Origin: a virus
Virus record (IMG/VR): IMGVR_UViG_3300029208_000007
Length of the DNA: 64,000 bases
Strand: one strand, 5' to 3'
Below are positions 44,648-54,229 of this stretch, piece after piece; the stretch's first letter is position 1; the number at the start of each line of letters is the position of its first letter. The position numbers and the translations under genes are program-made. The notes beneath the pieces were generated by a model, which did not search any database, was not told the origin of the DNA, and worked only from the letters and a program-made list of their open reading frames with translations.

Positions 44648-45475
44648 TTATTTTTGATATGAAATTAAGTCCGTAGTATATTCGTTATCATATTCTGCTA
44701 ATGGACGAATCGTTAATGCGAAATCTACGTTTGACACATCGGAAATTCCGTTTGCTGCAAGAAAATCATCTGTAGGAGTTAGGGTCACAAGAGTTTTGCA
44801 ACCATCTAATAAATACTGATTGAATATTTCATAACTATCTGACATTGTAAAATCGTTATAAGTCTCAGAAGTTACATCGTATGCGAAATACTGTCCAGTA
44901 GTGTTTGTGATACAAAATGTGAAGCCGTTACCCTCTGAGGAAATGAAATCGACACTAATGCCGTTCTGGTTATACAAGTTCTGTGCACCGTCAAATACAG
45001 GAGAAGAAACTACAGTAGTTCCAGTTACGTCAGCGTGAATCTGACCGCTGTCAAAAGCCTTGAAGCTCTTTGCATTGTCGTAAGCCCACAAGAGAACGTC
45101 AAAGCTATCTACTTCGTTCATCTGGTAGTCTTTGAAGAAATCTTTATTTTCCCATGTATCTATCAGCTCTAAAGTAGAATTCGCTTTCTTTCCGGGTGCT
45201 ACATCAGAGGAGTTTATGCCATACTGATCGCCGCCTGCCATAATACCGTTTATGGCATAAGCATAAGGAGCTATGCCTAAATTCAAATTAGAATTGTTTT
45301 CGATATACAGTCCTATAGTGCCTGTGGACGGGGAATCGGTTAATCCTTTTGTTTCAACATGAATGCCGTTCTCTTCGTATAGCACAAAATCTTCCGCAAA
45401 AACATTGGATGGCATGGATGCAAGCAAAATGCTTGACAGCCCAATACTAGCTAGAAACTTTACTTTCTTTCTCAT
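44648..45475 (-). CDS. secreted protein of unknown function
   Basis: Signal peptide MRKKVKFLASIGLSSILLASMPSNVFA. Confidence 0.65.
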   Translation of the reverse strand: MRKKVKFLASIGLSSILLASMPSNVFAEDFVLYEENGIHVETKGLTDSPSTGTIGLYIENNSNLNLGIAPYAYAINGIMAGGDQYGINSSDVAPGKKANSTLELIDTWENKDFFKDYQMNEVDSFDVLLWAYDNAKSFKAFDSGQIHADVTGTTVVSSPVFDGAQNLYNQNGISVDFISSEGNGFTFCITNTTGQYFAYDVTSETYNDFTMSDSYEIFNQYLLDGCKTLVTLTPTDDFLAANGISDVSNVDFALTIRPLAEYDNEYTTDLISYQK

Positions 45476-45663
45476 AAAAATATTTCCTCCTTAGTAAAAT
45501 TTGCATATATTATACCGCAAGATTCAATAATAGCATAGTCAAAACAGAAATATTTTTCATATTTTTATCCATTAAAAATGCAGTTTTATCGTTTTGCCCG
45601 ATTAATTTGCACAAAAAGTGGTATAACTAAATACATAAATTATAGACTAAAGAGGTATATATT

Positions 45664-46005
45664 ATGAGGAAGATTGAGAAATTGCTGATCGCAGCAGGAG
45701 TAATTCTCTTTGCCAACTACATAATCCACTTGCCAATGTGCGTGAAAGACTATGCCAATAAGGATTTTGGTATATACTCAACCCAAACTATGCACAAGCA
45801 TTCAACGCTTACTATGAGCACGGTTTTGAAACCGGCGTCTAAATCTACGCTCAAATTCTACATTTCACCGCACAAATCAGATTTTATCTTTGACTACACA
45901 AATAATTTCTATGCGATCATAAATATTCCAGTCTATCTCTGGCAGTTTGCAAGGGCGAATATTAATCCATGTGTCCTGTTTTCATTGGACTTACGGAAAA
46001 TATGA
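45664..46005 (+). CDS. hypothetical membrane protein (doubtful)
   Basis: AAAGAGG RBS and an N-terminal TM helix. It is on the opposite strand to its neighbours. Confidence 0.3.
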   Translation: MRKIEKLLIAAGVILFANYIIHLPMCVKDYANKDFGIYSTQTMHKHSTLTMSTVLKPASKSTLKFYISPHKSDFIFDYTNNFYAIINIPVYLWQFARANINPCVLFSLDLRKI

Positions 46006-46235
46006 TAAAGATAAATGTTCGAATGCATATTTTTCACTGTCCAGACATATACTGTAGTAAAGTTTCAATTGGGAGGGTTATTTATGGATTATAAGAAAGA
46101 GATTATTGAATTATTAGATAAGGTAAAATTAGAAAGTACTTTAAAAAGAGTATACAAGTTGCTGGTATACTTATATTTAAGAGAAGAGTAGCCTAAAATG
46201 CCGCATCTACAGTTAAAGCAGATGCGGCATAATAA

Positions 46236-46877
46236 TTATTCTGTTTTTAAATCATCTGGCGATGCGGAGAAATAATATTCGAATTCGGAACTGTCATAAT
46301 CGCTGCCTAACATTGAATTTATTTTGTCCGCAATAGATGTTCCTAATTCCTCTCCGAATTCAGCGTCTTCAACTTTTGTTCTTTTATATTCTGTAAAAAT
46401 GTTTCCCCAGTCGTCTTGTGTGCCTGCATAGTAAATCTGGATGAGATCGCCGTCTTCTTTAGGATTTAAGTAAGATAAGGTTTTATCTGTTACGTTTATC
46501 ATACTTTTAGGAAAAAATACTTTTTGAACATCACAGGAATTAAAAGCAGCATCATATATTTCAGTAATTCCTTCTTGAAAAATAACTGATTCAACATGAG
46601 AACTTCCAATTCCGATCTGGAAATCTGATAAATCTGTTGCGTAGTCTGTTCCGTCAATATTGTATGATGGAAGAATTTCTAAAATTTTGCACTTGCCATC
46701 ATAACCGTGCAATTTCACAGAGTTTCCCTCTATATCATAATCAAAATCACCGATTACACCGTACTTTTCAGAATCATCCTTTTGAACTTCAACGCCAGTC
46801 ACGCCACCTGCATAAGTTGGAGTAGAAACTCCTAAAATTGCAAAAGTACAAAATGCAATTAATAGCTTTTTCTTCAT
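46236..46877 (-). CDS. secreted leucine-rich-repeat (BspA/LRR_5-like) protein
   Basis: Signal peptide MKKKLLIAFCTFAILGVSTPTYAGG. The repeat-like segments ESVIFQEGITEIYDAAFNSC and KVFFPKSM resemble LRR_5. Confidence 0.55.
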   Translation of the reverse strand: MKKKLLIAFCTFAILGVSTPTYAGGVTGVEVQKDDSEKYGVIGDFDYDIEGNSVKLHGYDGKCKILEILPSYNIDGTDYATDLSDFQIGIGSSHVESVIFQEGITEIYDAAFNSCDVQKVFFPKSMINVTDKTLSYLNPKEDGDLIQIYYAGTQDDWGNIFTEYKRTKVEDAEFGEELGTSIADKINSMLGSDYDSSEFEYYFSASPDDLKTE

Positions 46878-46985
46878 AGACATTTCCTCCTTGGTATTAG
46901 TTGATTTTATTATATCACTATAAATCAAAACAACAAAGCAGAATATAAAAAAGACCAGAGTTTTTTATTCTCTGGCCTTTCTTTT

Positions 46986-47348
46986 TTAATTGTTTTCCAA
47001 TTCTGTTAGGATTTCTTGGAGTTGCTTCCAATGTTCATCACTGAGCTTTGCGAACTTTACAAGAATTTTCTTAGCAAAGTCATTATCCCCGGTCATTACC
47101 GAATCAACGATAGCCTGCGCATCACTATCGTCGCTTTGGAACATATCTCCGATTCCGTTTACGAGCCAGTCATAATTGACTTTGTAGCTGGCACATATTA
47201 GTTTGATGTTCTTTTCGGATAGATCACGTTGACCGTTTTCAATCATGGACAATGCCGCTTGTTTAATTGCGAGTGTCTCTGCGAAGTCTTTCTGATTCTT
47301 TCCTAATTGTTTACGAAGAATCGAAACTCTTTCATTTATTGTTTCCAA
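46986..47348 (-). CDS. cI-like XRE-family repressor
   Basis: The HTH segment KNQKDFAETLAIKQAALSMIENGQRD. The gene is divergent from the early operon across three operators. Confidence 0.8.
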   Translation of the reverse strand: METINERVSILRKQLGKNQKDFAETLAIKQAALSMIENGQRDLSEKNIKLICASYKVNYDWLVNGIGDMFQSDDSDAQAIVDSVMTGDNDFAKKILVKFAKLSDEHWKQLQEILTELENN

Positions 47349-47368
47349 TGCTTGTCTCTCCTTTCAAT

Positions 47369-47465
47369 ATTATAATATCACTAGAGTGATAAAAAGTCAA
47401 CAAAAATGTAATATCATGCTTGACAAAATATTACTCTAGTGATATATTATAATCACACAAGTGAT
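47369..47465. promoter_or_regulatory. lysis-lysogeny switch: divergent promoters and three 14-bp operators
   Basis: Operators: O1 ATCACTAGAGTGAT (47377-47390), O2 ATTACTCTAGTGAT (47430-47443), O3 ATCACACAAGTGAT (47452-47465). The rightward promoter is TTGACA (47420), 17 nt, TATATT. The leftward promoter is TTGACT (complement of 47395-47400), 17 nt, TATTAT. Confidence 0.75.
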
Positions 47466-47484
47466 ACAGAAAGGAGTGAGAGGA

Positions 47485-47646
47485 ATGACAGGTGATAGAC
47501 GAGAAGCGTTTAGAAAAATGGTAGAACGTTTTAATAATCTGCCAGAGAAAAAGCAAGATCAAATGCTCTGGTATGGAAAAGCAATCATTGATATAGAGGA
47601 AAGCGAATCCAGTAAAAAAGAACCTGCAACAGTAAAAAGTGATTAA
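47485..47646 (+). CDS. small early protein (cro position)
   Basis: First gene after the rightward promoter. ATG is 8 nt after AAGGAG. Confidence 0.5.
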   Translation: MTGDRREAFRKMVERFNNLPEKKQDQMLWYGKAIIDIEESESSKKEPATVKSD

Positions 47647-48472
47647 GAAAGGAGTGATAAGCACGAACCAGTTAGTACATATTGGAAATTCAGACATTTC
47701 CATAAAAGAGTATAACGGTCAGCGAGTTGTAACGTTCAAAGATATTGACATGGTACACGGTAGACCAGACGGAACAGCAAGCAGAAATTTTAGAACCAAC
47801 AGAGAGCGTTTCATAGAGGGTGAAGATTTCTTCCGAGTAAGCGCCGACGAAATTCGTCGCACCAAAATTTTTGACATTCCAGACAAGGCAACTTCTGATT
47901 ACGCCCTTATGACAGAACAAGGATATCTGATGTTAGTAAAGTCTTTTACAGACAATTTAGCATGGGATGTTCAGAGACAGCTTGTGAATGGATATTTCAA
48001 AACCAGAGAAAAAGTAAAAAGGGCATTATCACCAGAACTTCAAATGTTGCAGGGACTACTTTCACAAATGGTAGAGAAAGAACTTGCTGATAAAGAAAGA
48101 GACCGGCAGATTTTGCTTGCCAAAGAAACAGCAGATAAAGCTGTTGCGACTACAGAGAATATCAAAGAAGCAGTTAAACCGGTGTTCGATAACTGGCGTT
48201 CAGAAATCAATTTGAAATTCAATCGCATACAAAAATGTGCAGGAGCAGAGTTCAGAATGCTGAGAACAGAAATGTATCAAGAATTGGAACGCAGAGCAGG
48301 ATGTGATTTGAGTACTAGGCTGAGGAACAAACGCAACCGTATGCAAGAAAAAGGGTGTACGAAGACAACGATTAATGCACTCAATAAAATGGATATCATT
48401 GACGATGATAAAAAGTTGCGTGAGATTTTCTCAAAGATCGTAACTGAATACGAAATTAAATATTGTGCGTAG
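47639..48472 (+). CDS. ORF6N/ORF6C-type antirepressor-like protein (start uncertain)
   Basis: YNGQRVVTFKDIDMVHGRPDGTASRNFRTNRERFIEGEDFF is an ORF6N pattern. Confidence 0.65.
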   Translation: MIKKGVISTNQLVHIGNSDISIKEYNGQRVVTFKDIDMVHGRPDGTASRNFRTNRERFIEGEDFFRVSADEIRRTKIFDIPDKATSDYALMTEQGYLMLVKSFTDNLAWDVQRQLVNGYFKTREKVKRALSPELQMLQGLLSQMVEKELADKERDRQILLAKETADKAVATTENIKEAVKPVFDNWRSEINLKFNRIQKCAGAEFRMLRTEMYQELERRAGCDLSTRLRNKRNRMQEKGCTKTTINALNKMDIIDDDKKLREIFSKIVTEYEIKYCA

Positions 48473-48651
48473 AAAGGAAGTGAACAATATGTCAGATTTT
48501 GACAAAGGCTACATCCTTGGAAAAGTAGAAAGCCTTTCTTCTGATAAGAAAGAAAGTTCTTAACTGGAAAGGAGGAAATTAAATGGATTTGTACGATGTA
48601 GCACTTTTGTTTTCGATTGCAGCAATTATTCTAAATATAATTACTTTTTTC

Positions 48652-49194
48652 CTAAATCGAAAGTAAGTCCTTGCTTTCTTTCGGTACTTGAAGTACACAG
48701 ATTTTATTTCTTTTGTTTGTAATGATTTTTAACGTAATAAAATCGTTACTTAATTTAACATTGGCAGGAATATCAAACAGGACAATTTCAAATATCCCTT
48801 GCGATGGTTGTAAAGAGATTGGAAAATCTGCACTAAATATTCTTTCGGTGATAGGAATATCTGTTTCATTGTACTTCGGGTGATAACGTTCAGCAACCCA
48901 TCTGTGAGTTAGAACACATGGATATGAAGTACGGCAATGACCTAAAAGCAAAGAAATTCTGGTAATGATTATGGCTGAAGATGAATTGTTCTGAAGAATT
49001 AAACCTAGTTTGATAGACTGTTCGTTTTCCACATTTAAAGTGCACAGTGTTTCCAATGAAACAGAAATATTTGTTCGTTTGCTCCAAAGCGAATGGATGA
49101 ATTGAAATAGAAAAAGAACAAATCCTGCGATTGCAATAACGGTTGTAAGCAAAGACTTATTTTCTGCAACAAATTTAACAATGGTGCTCAACAT
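48652..49194 (-). CDS. membrane-anchored protein of unknown function (moron)
   Basis: Opposite strand to the early operon. N-terminal TM helix LLTTVIAIAGFVLFLFQFI. ATG follows GGAGG. Confidence 0.55.
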   Translation of the reverse strand: MLSTIVKFVAENKSLLTTVIAIAGFVLFLFQFIHSLWSKRTNISVSLETLCTLNVENEQSIKLGLILQNNSSSAIIITRISLLLGHCRTSYPCVLTHRWVAERYHPKYNETDIPITERIFSADFPISLQPSQGIFEIVLFDIPANVKLSNDFITLKIITNKRNKICVLQVPKESKDLLSI

Positions 49195-49244
49195 AATTAA
49201 AACCTCCATTTTTTTAATTAGAGTATACCACAGAAAGGAATGAT

Positions 49245-49445
49245 ATGGTGGAAGAAACTAATGCATTACTCAAGCAGATTTTGGAAGAACTTAAAGCCAT
49301 TCGAGAAGAAGTTGCACCTACGAGAACGAAAAAAGTAACGCACACGGCAAATATTGACGGGAAGACAATTACCGAATGCGTTACCGATGGAATTCAAAAC
49401 GCTTTATACGGGAAACGAGCGTTTAATCCGAAAGATTCTGAATAG
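49245..49445 (+). CDS. hypothetical protein
   Basis: ORF preceded by the repeated element TATACCACAGAAAGGAA. Confidence 0.5.
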   Translation: MVEETNALLKQILEELKAIREEVAPTRTKKVTHTANIDGKTITECVTDGIQNALYGKRAFNPKDSE

Positions 49446-49599
49446 CAAAATCATATGCACATTTTAAATATTGAATTTCGTCATTTGACATAGAAGCATT
49501 TCCAGCCAATGGAGCTTCTCTTCTGTCAAGAACGTATTCATTTAATTTAGACTTTGCATAAGTAATTGCTAAATCATGAACTATTTGTTCTTTATCCAT
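49423..49599 (-). CDS. small hypothetical protein, 58 aa
   Basis: ATG follows GGGAGG on the minus strand. Its 3' end overlaps the convergent 49245..49445 ORF. Confidence 0.45.
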   Translation of the reverse strand: MDKEQIVHDLAITYAKSKLNEYVLDRREAPLAGNASMSNDEIQYLKCAYDFAIQNLSD

Positions 49600-49648
49600 A
49601 ATACACACCTCCCTTCGAGGGAGATTATACCACAGAAAGGAAGTCAGT

Positions 49649-49798
49649 ATGAAAAAAGAAGAAATAAATGAGTTTATGAATATGACATTACAGGAGAAAA
49701 AAGACAAAATTATTGAAATAATTCGCGAGATTCCAGAAGATTCTCCGATTCACAAGGAACTGTACGAAACACTGAAAAGAGAAATGGAGGAAAAATAG
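49649..49798 (+). CDS. small hypothetical protein, 49 aa
   Basis: Hand-translated as MKKEEINEFMNMTLQEKKDKIIEIIREIPEDSPIHKELYETLKREMEEK. It is preceded by the second copy of TATACCACAGAAAGGAA. Confidence 0.45.
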   Translation: MKKEEINEFMNMTLQEKKDKIIEIIREIPEDSPIHKELYETLKREMEEK

Positions 49799-49799
49799 A

Positions 49800-50081
49800 A
49801 TGATCAAATGTGAAGGCGGGAAAGTTGAATTAGAAGAAGATGCAAATAAGTTGCTTTCTGAATTAACCGCGATATGCAGGGGACTAAGAGTTTTCCTTGT
49901 GAAAGAAGGATATTCCAAGGAAAAAGCCGATGAACTTGTTTCTGAATCAGCTCAGATGGGGTTGTGGACAGACGAAAAAATACAAGAAGAACTTGACAGA
50001 TTAAGGACAGAAACGCTTAGAACGTTTGCGGAATTAATATTGGGGAGAAAGATTTTTGAAGGAGGAAAAGAGAATGATTAA
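49800..50081 (+). CDS. hypothetical protein (paralogue A)
   Basis: Shares the layout MIK..G.VE..G....L..L......L......E........L...S...G.WT.EK...EL with the next ORF. Confidence 0.55.
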   Translation: MIKCEGGKVELEEDANKLLSELTAICRGLRVFLVKEGYSKEKADELVSESAQMGLWTDEKIQEELDRLRTETLRTFAELILGRKIFEGGKEND

Positions 50082-50349
50082 AAGTAAAGATGGAGCAGTT
50101 GAGGTAAAGGGAAGTACAACAGTTTTAATGACTGATTTGTCAATGATTATTAAATTGTTGAGAGAGACTTTTGAGGAAGAAGATATTCCAAAGGAAACAG
50201 GAGATAAACTTATCAGAAAGGCTGTAGACGTTGGGTTCTGGACGGAAGATAAGCTTGACAAGGAACTTTCCAATATGCGAGCGGAAGTACTTGGAAAACT
50301 TATGGGATTAGCATTGTCGTCAATCTGGGGAGGGGCAAAGGATGAATAA
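50074..50349 (+). CDS. hypothetical protein (paralogue B)
   Basis: ATG is 8 nt after AGGAGG. It is a tandem paralogue of 49800..50081. Confidence 0.55.
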   Translation: MIKSKDGAVEVKGSTTVLMTDLSMIIKLLRETFEEEDIPKETGDKLIRKAVDVGFWTEDKLDKELSNMRAEVLGKLMGLALSSIWGGAKDE

Positions 50350-50524
50350 AAACACTTACGAAGCAGAAACTCTCGAAGAAGAATTTGCTTTACTAGCCGG
50401 CAGGCTTACAGCTTTGGAAGCGGTTTTAAATGCTAATGATAGCACATTCATTGATAAAAAGTATGTAGCTGCGATCATGGGGATTAAATATTTCGAAGGG
50501 GATTCCGATAAGAAAGAAGAGTGA
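50342..50524 (+). CDS. hypothetical protein
   Basis: ORF with an overlapping start. Confidence 0.45.
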   Translation: MNKNTYEAETLEEEFALLAGRLTALEAVLNANDSTFIDKKYVAAIMGIKYFEGDSDKKEE

Positions 50525-50654
50525 AACGCCCCGGAGGTGACGCAACACCTACCGGAGCACGTATCTAACTTAATTAGGGTAAGTTAAATACAGGATAAGT
50601 ATAGCACACCTTCCTGTATTTGAAAAGAAAATTTATACCAGGAGGGCATTTTTT

Positions 50655-50816
50655 ATGTCTAAAATCACAAAACACACCGAAAACGTAACTAAAAACCAGA
50701 GTCTTGCAAGCGAAATCATCGCAGATCAGGTGGCAAAAACAAAACGTCTGGAAGTCGCAGTTGTAGCACTATCAGTAGCTTTGCTTGCAACAGCAACAAC
50801 AAAAAGAAAGAAGTGA
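50655..50816 (+). CDS. small C-terminally anchored membrane protein, 53 aa
   Basis: Hand-translated as MSKITKHTENV...LEVAVVALSVALLATATTKRKK. Confidence 0.4.
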   Translation: MSKITKHTENVTKNQSLASEIIADQVAKTKRLEVAVVALSVALLATATTKRKK

Positions 50817-50821
50817 GGGAT

Positions 50822-51010
50822 ATGAGAAAAAGAATGTATTTTATCGGAGTGATGGCACAGGTTGGAACATTTGCCACGATTGCATTATTGCTCTGGTGGA
50901 TGACGAAAATGGATGTACTTAAGCTGTTCTGCATAAGTGCAATGGTATCTTCAATGGTATCCCTTCCTATTTTAATGCAGATAGAAAGGTGGGTAAACGG
51001 AATTGAATAA
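50822..51010 (+). CDS. small membrane protein
   Basis: Two hydrophobic helices (FIGVMAQVGTFATIALLLWW and FCISAMVSSMVSLPILM). Confidence 0.45.
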   Translation: MRKRMYFIGVMAQVGTFATIALLLWWMTKMDVLKLFCISAMVSSMVSLPILMQIERWVNGIE

Positions 51011-51620
51011 GCTTTTGGAAAACAATCAGGTAACACTGGTTGGAGAAATTAAAACAGAATTTGAATTTAGCCATGAAGTATATGGTGAAAAATTTTACCG
51101 ATTCGAACTTAGCGTAGAACGATTTAGCGGAACGAAAGATGTTCTTCCGGTTGTAGTTTCTGAGAGACTCATTGATGTGAAGCAGAACTATACAGGAGAA
51201 ATGATGGAAATTCAAGGGCAGTTCAGATCGTTCAATAAGCACGAAGAAAATCACAGTAGATTACTTCTTTTTGTGTTCGCAAGAGAAGCAAAATTCATGG
51301 ACAAAGACGCACTTCCAGTTAATCAGATTCTTCTGGATGGTTTTACTTGCAAGAAACCAGTATACAGAACAACGCCTAATGGAAGAGAGATTGCAGATGT
51401 ACTTCTGGCGGTAAATAGATCATACGGCATATCTGATTACATACCATGCATCTGCTGGGGCAGAAATGCAAGATACATGGGAACCTGCGGAACTGGCACA
51501 CATATTATTTTACAGGGAAGAATCCAGAGCAGAGAGTACAACAAAAAAGTCGGAAATCAGGTCGAGAAGAAAACAGCCTATGAAGTGTCGGCTTATTGGG
51601 TGGAGGATAAAACAGTATGA
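51003..51620 (+). CDS. OB-fold ssDNA-binding-like protein (tandem OB)
   Basis: TTG start. NQVTLVGEI..F....YGEKFYRF.L is repeated as NQILLDGF..KKPVYRTTPNGREIADVLLAV, an SSB/PriB-like pattern. Confidence 0.45.
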   Translation: MNKLLENNQVTLVGEIKTEFEFSHEVYGEKFYRFELSVERFSGTKDVLPVVVSERLIDVKQNYTGEMMEIQGQFRSFNKHEENHSRLLLFVFAREAKFMDKDALPVNQILLDGFTCKKPVYRTTPNGREIADVLLAVNRSYGISDYIPCICWGRNARYMGTCGTGTHIILQGRIQSREYNKKVGNQVEKKTAYEVSAYWVEDKTV

Positions 51621-53593
51621 AAACAGTAGAATTGAAACAGCTTAACATTGAAAACTACAAGAAGTTTGAGTCTGCGGAGTATCAGTTTGCACCACGAACG
51701 ATGGTGTCCGGTAGGAACCGTCAGGGTAAAACAACGTTGATGGACGCATATTTTGATACACTGACCGGAAAGCTTGCAGACGGTACATCTCCGAATAATG
51801 TCAGAAGAAAAGAAGACGGAGAAGAAGTTGAGGGTGTCGTATCAAGAGAACTCACACTTCTGATTGATGGAGAGGAAACCGTGATCCGTAAGGAAACGAA
51901 GAAAGGTAAATCTTCCAGTACCACAAAATATCAGGTTGATGGGTTTGATTACAACCAGACGAAGTATAAGGAATTTTTAAAAGGAATATCAGACTCAGAA
52001 ACCATTATGATGTGTAGTAATGCCAGAGTATTCCTTAATGAACTTCGAAAATCAACAGCAAGTGCCAGAGTAATGCTTGAAAAGATGGCAGGGTTCAATG
52101 CGGATAAAGTATTACAGGACAATCCAGAAGTTTCGGAAATCATCAAGAATCATTCTGTCGAGGAAGTTGTGAAAAAACTCAATAGAGACAAAAAAGACTT
52201 CCAGAAGAAAATTGATGCCAAAAAGGTTGAAATTGATACCGTAAAGAAACAGGGAACACCAGATTTTACCATTCTTGAAGAAAAGAAGAATGCCGTGCTG
52301 GATAAACTGAATGGTCTTCTTGAAAAAGAAAAGCTGCTAAATGAAACCAATAAAGCATATGACGAGCTCTGCTACGAGATTACAGGTCTCAAGAAATCCA
52401 GAGATGCGATCATTTCAAATGCAGCAGAAGCATTACAGGAAGAAAAGAGAAAAATCGTTTCCTTATTAAGTGACAGGCGATTCAAGCAGAAACATGAAGA
52501 AGAAAATCTCCGAATTCTGGGAAATTTCCTTGCGACCGCTGAGAAACCAGAACGAATTCAGCAGAGAATTACGGTTTTGCAGGAGAAATATAAACAGACG
52601 TATGCGTCCACATTTGATGAAACAGCTTTAAATGCAATACAGAATGAAAAATTTGATCCTGAATCAGCTATTTGCCCGACCTGCGGACAGGCACTTCCGG
52701 AGGAACAGGTTGAACGTCTTAAAACTGAATTTGAACAGAAGAAACAGGAAAGAATCCATGCAGAGTTTGCGAAAAAAGAGCAGTTTAAAGCAGACAAACA
52801 GCAGAAACTTAAAGACATTACAGAAGAAGGCAATTCCGAAGTAGCCAGAAGAAAAGAAGTTGAGGAAAAGCGCAAAGACATCGAATCGCAGATTGAGCAG
52901 ACAAAGAAAAATATTTCCACTCTGGCATCTGAGATTGCGCAGAAAAATCAGGAATTAGAGAAGCTTCCGTCAGAACCAGATATGTCTGGAAACGAAGAGT
53001 ATCAGGCAGTTGTAGCAGAAATCCAGAAGAAACAGGAACAGCTTGACGGACTGACTAATAATTCTGAGGAAAATGCAGCAGTTCAGGCAGAAAGAATGTC
53101 TGCTGAAAAGGAACTTACAGGAATCGAAACAAAAATTGAGATGGCAAAACAGGCAGTTCAGAAACAGACAGAAACACTTGAACAGCTGAACACAGAACAG
53201 AAAGAGTTAGGTCAGGAAGATTCCGATATTCAGCAGAAACTTGACATGTTGAAAGAATTTTCCATCAAAAAAAATCAGGCACTGGCAGAAGCTATCAATC
53301 CACTTTTCAAGCATTTTCAGTTTCAGTTTTTGGACTATACGCAGGACGGTGAGCCGGTGGAAGTTTGCAAGATGATTTGTGACGGAATCGGATATTTTGA
53401 TGGATTGAATCACTCTGATCAGATTCTATGCAATATTGACCTCGTGACTGGATTGCAGGAGCTGAACGGACTGAATCTTCCAATTTGGGTTGATGATGTT
53501 GAAAGTGTGAATGCTGACAGAATACCAGATACAGGCAGGCAGATGATTCTCCTTAAAGTTTCTGACAATGAATTAAAAGTGGAGGGGATTTGA
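51617..53593 (+). CDS. Rad50/SbcC-like AAA ATPase with coiled coil and CxxC hook
   Basis: Walker A GRNRQGKTT, a long coiled coil with CPTCGQ in the middle, and a C-terminal Walker B-like segment LPIWVDDVES. Confidence 0.7.
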   Translation: MKTVELKQLNIENYKKFESAEYQFAPRTMVSGRNRQGKTTLMDAYFDTLTGKLADGTSPNNVRRKEDGEEVEGVVSRELTLLIDGEETVIRKETKKGKSSSTTKYQVDGFDYNQTKYKEFLKGISDSETIMMCSNARVFLNELRKSTASARVMLEKMAGFNADKVLQDNPEVSEIIKNHSVEEVVKKLNRDKKDFQKKIDAKKVEIDTVKKQGTPDFTILEEKKNAVLDKLNGLLEKEKLLNETNKAYDELCYEITGLKKSRDAIISNAAEALQEEKRKIVSLLSDRRFKQKHEEENLRILGNFLATAEKPERIQQRITVLQEKYKQTYASTFDETALNAIQNEKFDPESAICPTCGQALPEEQVERLKTEFEQKKQERIHAEFAKKEQFKADKQQKLKDITEEGNSEVARRKEVEEKRKDIESQIEQTKKNISTLASEIAQKNQELEKLPSEPDMSGNEEYQAVVAEIQKKQEQLDGLTNNSEENAAVQAERMSAEKELTGIETKIEMAKQAVQKQTETLEQLNTEQKELGQEDSDIQQKLDMLKEFSIKKNQALAEAINPLFKHFQFQFLDYTQDGEPVEVCKMICDGIGYFDGLNHSDQILCNIDLVTGLQELNGLNLPIWVDDVESVNADRIPDTGRQMILLKVSDNELKVEGI

Positions 53594-53594
53594 T

Positions 53595-53834
53595 ATGGCA
53601 ACAACTACATACAACATCCCAGAAGCAATAAAAGCACAGGATTGGTATTGTAAAACAAAGATATTGCCACGTTTTGCACCGGGCAATGGTATCTGTTGGT
53701 CTTGCCACCAGAATATCTATTCCGAGAAAGGACGGACACGTACCGGATATGACACACAGGGCATCTCAGTAGAAAGTGCAGCAGGGCAGTTGATTACGAG
53801 TTGCCCGTTCTGTAATAGAAGTTATTGCGATTAA
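53595..53834 (+). CDS. zinc-finger protein
   Basis: CWSC ... CPFC. Confidence 0.5.
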   Translation: MATTTYNIPEAIKAQDWYCKTKILPRFAPGNGICWSCHQNIYSEKGRTRTGYDTQGISVESAAGQLITSCPFCNRSYCD

Positions 53835-53835
53835 A

Positions 53836-54229
53836 ACGCAATAGGATTAGCATAGTTAGCTTTGCAACGGCAAGGCGAAGCAATGAGAAGCGAAGCAAGG
53901 GATATGCATAGAACAGATATGAAATGCCACGGAATAGACAGGCACTGAACTGCAGCGTGAAGAAATGAAATGCAATGGAAACGTTGAGAATAGAATAGCC
54001 TAGTAAAGCAAAAGCATAGCTAAGCACTGATTTGAGATGCAACGGCATAGAAGCACACTTCTGAGAATCGTAAAGGAGAAGCGTAGAAGCACACAAAAAA
54101 GCCAAGGCGAGGTTGCGCGACGCAAGGTATGGAACGGCAAAGGAATAGCGTAGAATTGAATTGCAGCGGAGGAGCATGGCCTTGATAAGCAAAGCATTAA
54201 GCAAAATATAAAAATCGGAGGAATACGAG
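53836..54229 (+). repeat. purine-rich non-coding region with degenerate TGCA(A/G)CGG and GC(G/A)TAGAA repeats
   Basis: At least seven TGCAACGG-like units are present (TGCAACGG twice, plus TGCCACGG, TGCAATGG, TGCAGCGG, TGCAGCGT, GGAACGG). (G)C(A/G)TAGAAGCACAC occurs twice. Stops occur in all + frames. Confidence 0.6.

Noticed and set aside
53836-54229. Possible CRISPR array.
   Set aside because: The repeats are short and degenerate, vary in length and spacing, have no unique spacers of regular size, and have no cas genes nearby.
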